The notes beneath the pieces are model-generated. The model searched no databases, was not told the DNA's origin, and saw only the letters and a program-made list of their open reading frames with translations. The position numbers and the translations under genes were made by a program. Positions 60,522-64,000 of a stretch of 64,000 nucleotides of DNA are shown here, one piece after another; within the stretch, counting starts at the first letter, position 1; every line of letters begins with the position of its first letter. Source of the DNA: Camelus dromedarius (lineage: Eukaryota); NCBI RefSeq assembly GCF_036321535.1, contig NC_087454.1, positions 27,714,001-27,778,000 of the forward strand. The letters run 5' to 3'.

Positions 60522-60906
60522 GACAGAGTGGCAGGAATGAGGTCAGAGGTGAGAGACGGGTGGATCACGTGGGCCTGGAAGCCTGGTGCGGTCCCCTGCA
60601 CTGACATGGGCCTGCTGAGCTGACATGCTGCTCTCATGACAGGGAGAGAGTGAGTTTCTGGGGCCCTCCTGTTTCTCTCTTCTCACTACTCATGTCACTT
60701 CTTGGTGCTCCAGTTTCCTTATCTGTTAAAAGAACAGGAATAATACCTGTTCTTTAAAGGTTGCCAAGCAGGTTTGCCTTCCAAACCCTCTCCCCACCCC
60801 CGTGCTCAAACATTTCTGACCACCTTCACCAAAGCCTGCTCCCCAGTCACCCTGGGACTCCTTCAGGGTAAAAGCAGCCTGGAGACCAGGCTCTAAAGCC
60901 AGATTA

Positions 60907-61081
60907 CAGGCTTTCTCAACCTCAGTACTACTGACACTGGGGTTGGATTTGCTTGCATTGTAGGGCATTTAGTTGTATCTGTGACCTCCACCTCCTAAAT
61001 GCCCTGAGGATCCCTCTGGGCTGACAACAAAAATGTCTCCAGACATTGTCCAAAGATCCCCTGGGAGCAAAAGAACCACTG
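60907..61081. mobile_element. MER20-like hAT-Charlie element
   Basis: caggctttctcaacctcagtactactgaca...aaaatgtctccagacattgtccaaagatcccctggg...agaaccactg. Confidence 0.8.
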
Positions 61082-61249
61082 AGCTTAAATTAGGCACCGG
61101 GGCTGCATGTTCAGGCACCAGCGAGACGCTGGCGGAAAAGAACTGGGGGGAGTAGAGATTTTTTACTGCCTCAAATCAGATTATATTTTCTTCAGCTGTT
61201 TCCTTTGTTTAATTTCCTTGAGGCATGACCACAGGAATGTTCTGGAAGA

Positions 61250-61460
61250 CAATGTTGTGTAATACTTCAGAGCTCTGGAGTCTGTTTGCATAGGAATCCT
61301 GGTTGTATGGCTTCCTAGCTCTGACCTTGGGACACTTACTTAGCCTTTCTGTTCCTCCACTTTCTCATCCATAAACTGGGGGTAATAAAAATACCTCCCT
61401 CTTGGGCTTGTTGGCAGGATTCCAGGAGATCTGTGTAAATGCTTAGAAGAGTGCTGATAC
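61250..61460 (+). mobile_element. MIR
   Basis: ctgaccttgggacacttacttagcc...ttctcatccataaactgggggtaataaaaatacc. Confidence 0.75.
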
Positions 61461-62195
61461 ATCCCAAGGTGTTGCAGGACGGGTTCCTGGGAGACTGAGA
61501 TTTGTGTGCAGGACGTGTGCCTTCAGGATGCACACCTGTGGGCAGGGGAGGGGGCGGGGCAGAGGGAAAAAGCTGGGCCGCCCTGGGGCTATGATGAATC
61601 TCCAGAGCTGTCCTGAGTTGAAAGGAGAGACCATCAGTGAATGTGTGAATGTGCGCTGCCCCCAGGGAGCGGGCATGACCTTGGATGAGGTGGCGCTCTC
61701 GTGGAAAGGGCAGTTCCACGGAAATGGCAGTCCAGGGTGGGCCTCAGCTGAGCGCAGTCAGCCATGGCACCCTCCCAGCCGCTGGGGGAGCCAGAGCTTC
61801 AGTGCTGGAAAGAGAGGGGGTCAGGGCGGCAGCAGGGCATCCATGGTCTGAGTGTCCATTGGCCAGTATCACCAGGTGAGATTTCAGTAGTAGCAAAAGT
61901 GCTTTTAAAATGCTGTGGACACACGGGGATTACTTCCAGCTCAGCAGTGCCTCATGCCTCCTTTCAGTACTCTGCTCATCCCTACCCTGCTGTCTCTTCC
62001 TTCTGCCCTTGCTGGAACCAGGAAGGATGCTAGTACCCCCACCCCAGCCACGGCACCCTGAGGTGAGGGTCTTCACCACTCTCCAGCTGTGTGGCCAAGG
62101 CAAGGTCACTGGGCCTGTTAGGAATTTAGTTTTTTCACTGGTAACTGGACGCTGCCTGCCCAGAGAAGGGTGGGATGATTAAGTGGGGTACTGCA

Positions 62196-62389
62196 CAGCG
62201 GCGATCCTCAAAGTGCGGTCCTTGGGTCATCAGGCCTGGCAGCCCCATCTGGAACCTTGTTGGAAATGTGAATTCTTAGGCCCTACCAAAAACTCACTGA
62301 ATCAGGAGCTCTGAGAATGAGACCCAGGAATCTGTGTTTTAACAAGTCCTCTAGTGTTTCTGATGCACACTTAAGTTTGAGAAATACTG
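62196..62389. mobile_element. MER5A-like hAT-Charlie element
   Basis: ctcaaagtgcggtcc...gaatctgtgttttaacaagtcctctagtgtttctgatgcacacttaagtttgagaaatactg. Confidence 0.85.
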
Positions 62390-63378
62390 GCACACAGGGC
62401 AGCACTTAGCTCCGTGCCTGGATTCTAAGAGGACCCCTCTCAATCTCAGCAGAATCTGACCCTGAACTCCTGGGCTTGAAGTCAGGCACCTGTGAGCAAA
62501 GCGCCACCTACTGGTTAGAGCCGGCCTTGTGTGCACACAAGGTTCACACACAGGGACTCAGGCTGGACTCATGGGACAAGGACCTCAGTGCTCAACACTA
62601 AGTGACACAGATGTCCTCTCCTCACTCTCCTTCACTCTCCTTCACTCTCCCCAAAGAAATCAGGTTAAAGTGAATGTCAAGGGCAGCTTTAAGTGGCCAA
62701 GAGAGGTCACCAAAGACAATAGTGTTGTGCTTGTGTCAGCAATAACAGGTATGTTTTACCAAGGGTTTGAGCATCCAACGCTGTACGGAAAACAAGACAA
62801 CAGATGGTGGCCCTCCTTCCTCTGCCCTCTCATGCACGCGCTCCCACCCGGGTCACAGGACTAGGGCAGCCCTGATGACCTGGTCACAGGCCAGCAAGAG
62901 GGGCCACCCACAGAGCTAGGCCAACGGTGCGTCCCATGTGGTCACCTGCTCTATTTGACCACCCAGCTCACCTGGATGGGAGAACTTTGAAATCTCCTGC
63001 TTTATATTCCAGTTATGTGTATGTGTATGTGTGTGTGTCCTTCACTGGACTCTGAGCCTCTTGCCTGTCCCCTTGCCTTGTACGACTAGCACCCACTAGC
63101 ACTGTGGGATTGAACTGATAGAGCTTTGTGCTACCTTACATATGCTGGAAAGTTTTGAGCCGAAAGGCAGGAAGATCCACAGGTCGGGGAGGGAGGGAGG
63201 GGGAGAGAGAGGAAGCAAAGGCCTATCAAACCCTCTTTGAGTAGCTCAGAAAATGACAGTGACAAGAAGTGGCAGGAGATAGCCCTCTGCAGTGAGAAAA
63301 TGTGAAAGGAGTCCAAAGACTCACCTGTGGAAGACAAGATTTCAGAAAGACAGTTTTCAAGAATGAGAGAAGGAAGGT

Positions 63379-63574
63379 GGGGTAGGGTATAGCTCAAGGT
63401 GTAGAGCCATGCTTAGCATGCACAAGGTCCTGGGTTTGACCCCGGTACCTCTAAAAATAAATAAATTAATTAAATAGATTACCTCCTCCCCCCAAAAAGA
63501 AAAAAAAAAAAAGAGAAAATGGACATTAAAACTTTTTTTTAAAAAAAGATTGAAATGTTCTTAAAAAAAAAATA
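63379..63574 (+). mobile_element. tRNA-Ala-derived SINE (vic-1-like)
   Basis: ggggtagggtatagctcaaggtgtagagccatgcttagcatgcacaaggtcctgggtttgacccc followed by an A-rich tail; aagaatgaga at 63359-63368 and 63575-63584. Confidence 0.9.
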
Positions 63575-64000
63575 AAGAATGAGAAGGGAGCATCCCATGC
63601 AGCACTAGGGATAATGATGTTGGGTCCCCCCCAACTCCCCGCATAGGTCCCTATGCAGGACGCTCACTGTTTAACGGGAAAAAAACCCAAACCTGAGAGC
63701 TGTAAGCCTTCTTCCTGAGGGAGGGGCTCTCCAGGTGGGGGGAGGACAGTGATCAGGACAGGACAGGTTGGTCCTGACCGCCTTCTGCTACCCTGGCCCC
63801 CGGGGGTGCTGTTTCTTCTCATTGTCTGCTCCACGTTTGGCAGAAACATTCCCCGTGGTCCTGGAGCACCCAGTCATGGTACAGAGGGTGGAAGGAGGTC
63901 AGAAGGGGAGCAAACACAGAGTTGTTGGGCAGGTTGGCACTGGCAGCTCCAGGCGGCCCTGACCCGATATGTGGGCTGCCCAAGGCCCCCACGCCCTAGC

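Noticed and set aside
60600-64000. Expected downstream neighbour C6orf132 (minus strand in human)
   Set aside because: No recognisable coding exon or clear polyA end is visible; it probably lies beyond the window.

Overview
Mammalian genomic DNA, probably from a camelid: seven copies of a tRNA-Ala(AGC)-derived SINE resemble the camelid vic-1 family, recognised from memory. The only protein-coding gene I can support is TAF8 (TFIID subunit 8) on the + strand. It has nine coding exons from 26448 to 43643, all GT-AG with consistent phases, totalling 933 nt or 310 aa, and ends in the basic NLS KKPKIRRKK-SLS. A CpG-rich promoter at about 25.05-26.9 kb precedes it. By synteny with human 6p21.1, this region should also carry the distal non-coding first exon(s) of CCND3 on the minus strand, which would make 1-25 kb part of CCND3's long first intron (inference; no CCND3 coding exon is visible). 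Downstream of TAF8 lies a nested retroelement cluster (53.6-60.5 kb). It contains a solo LTR with intact CCAAT/TATA/polyA motifs facing TAF8, a truncated L1 carrying a SINE, and a 5.1-kb two-LTR class-I ERV provirus with a 4-bp TSD, degenerate PBS, PPT and an env TM remnant. The rest is ancient MIR/L2/L1M/MER/MLT debris plus five 130-140 nt N-runs. I found no CRISPR array, no RNA gene and no convincing new biological system. The best leads are the ERV/LTR cluster, possible C-terminal isoform switches in TAF8, and three short L1 3' tails truncated at nearly the same point. Repeat family names come from recognising motifs by eye, and their boundaries are approximate unless a TSD is quoted.
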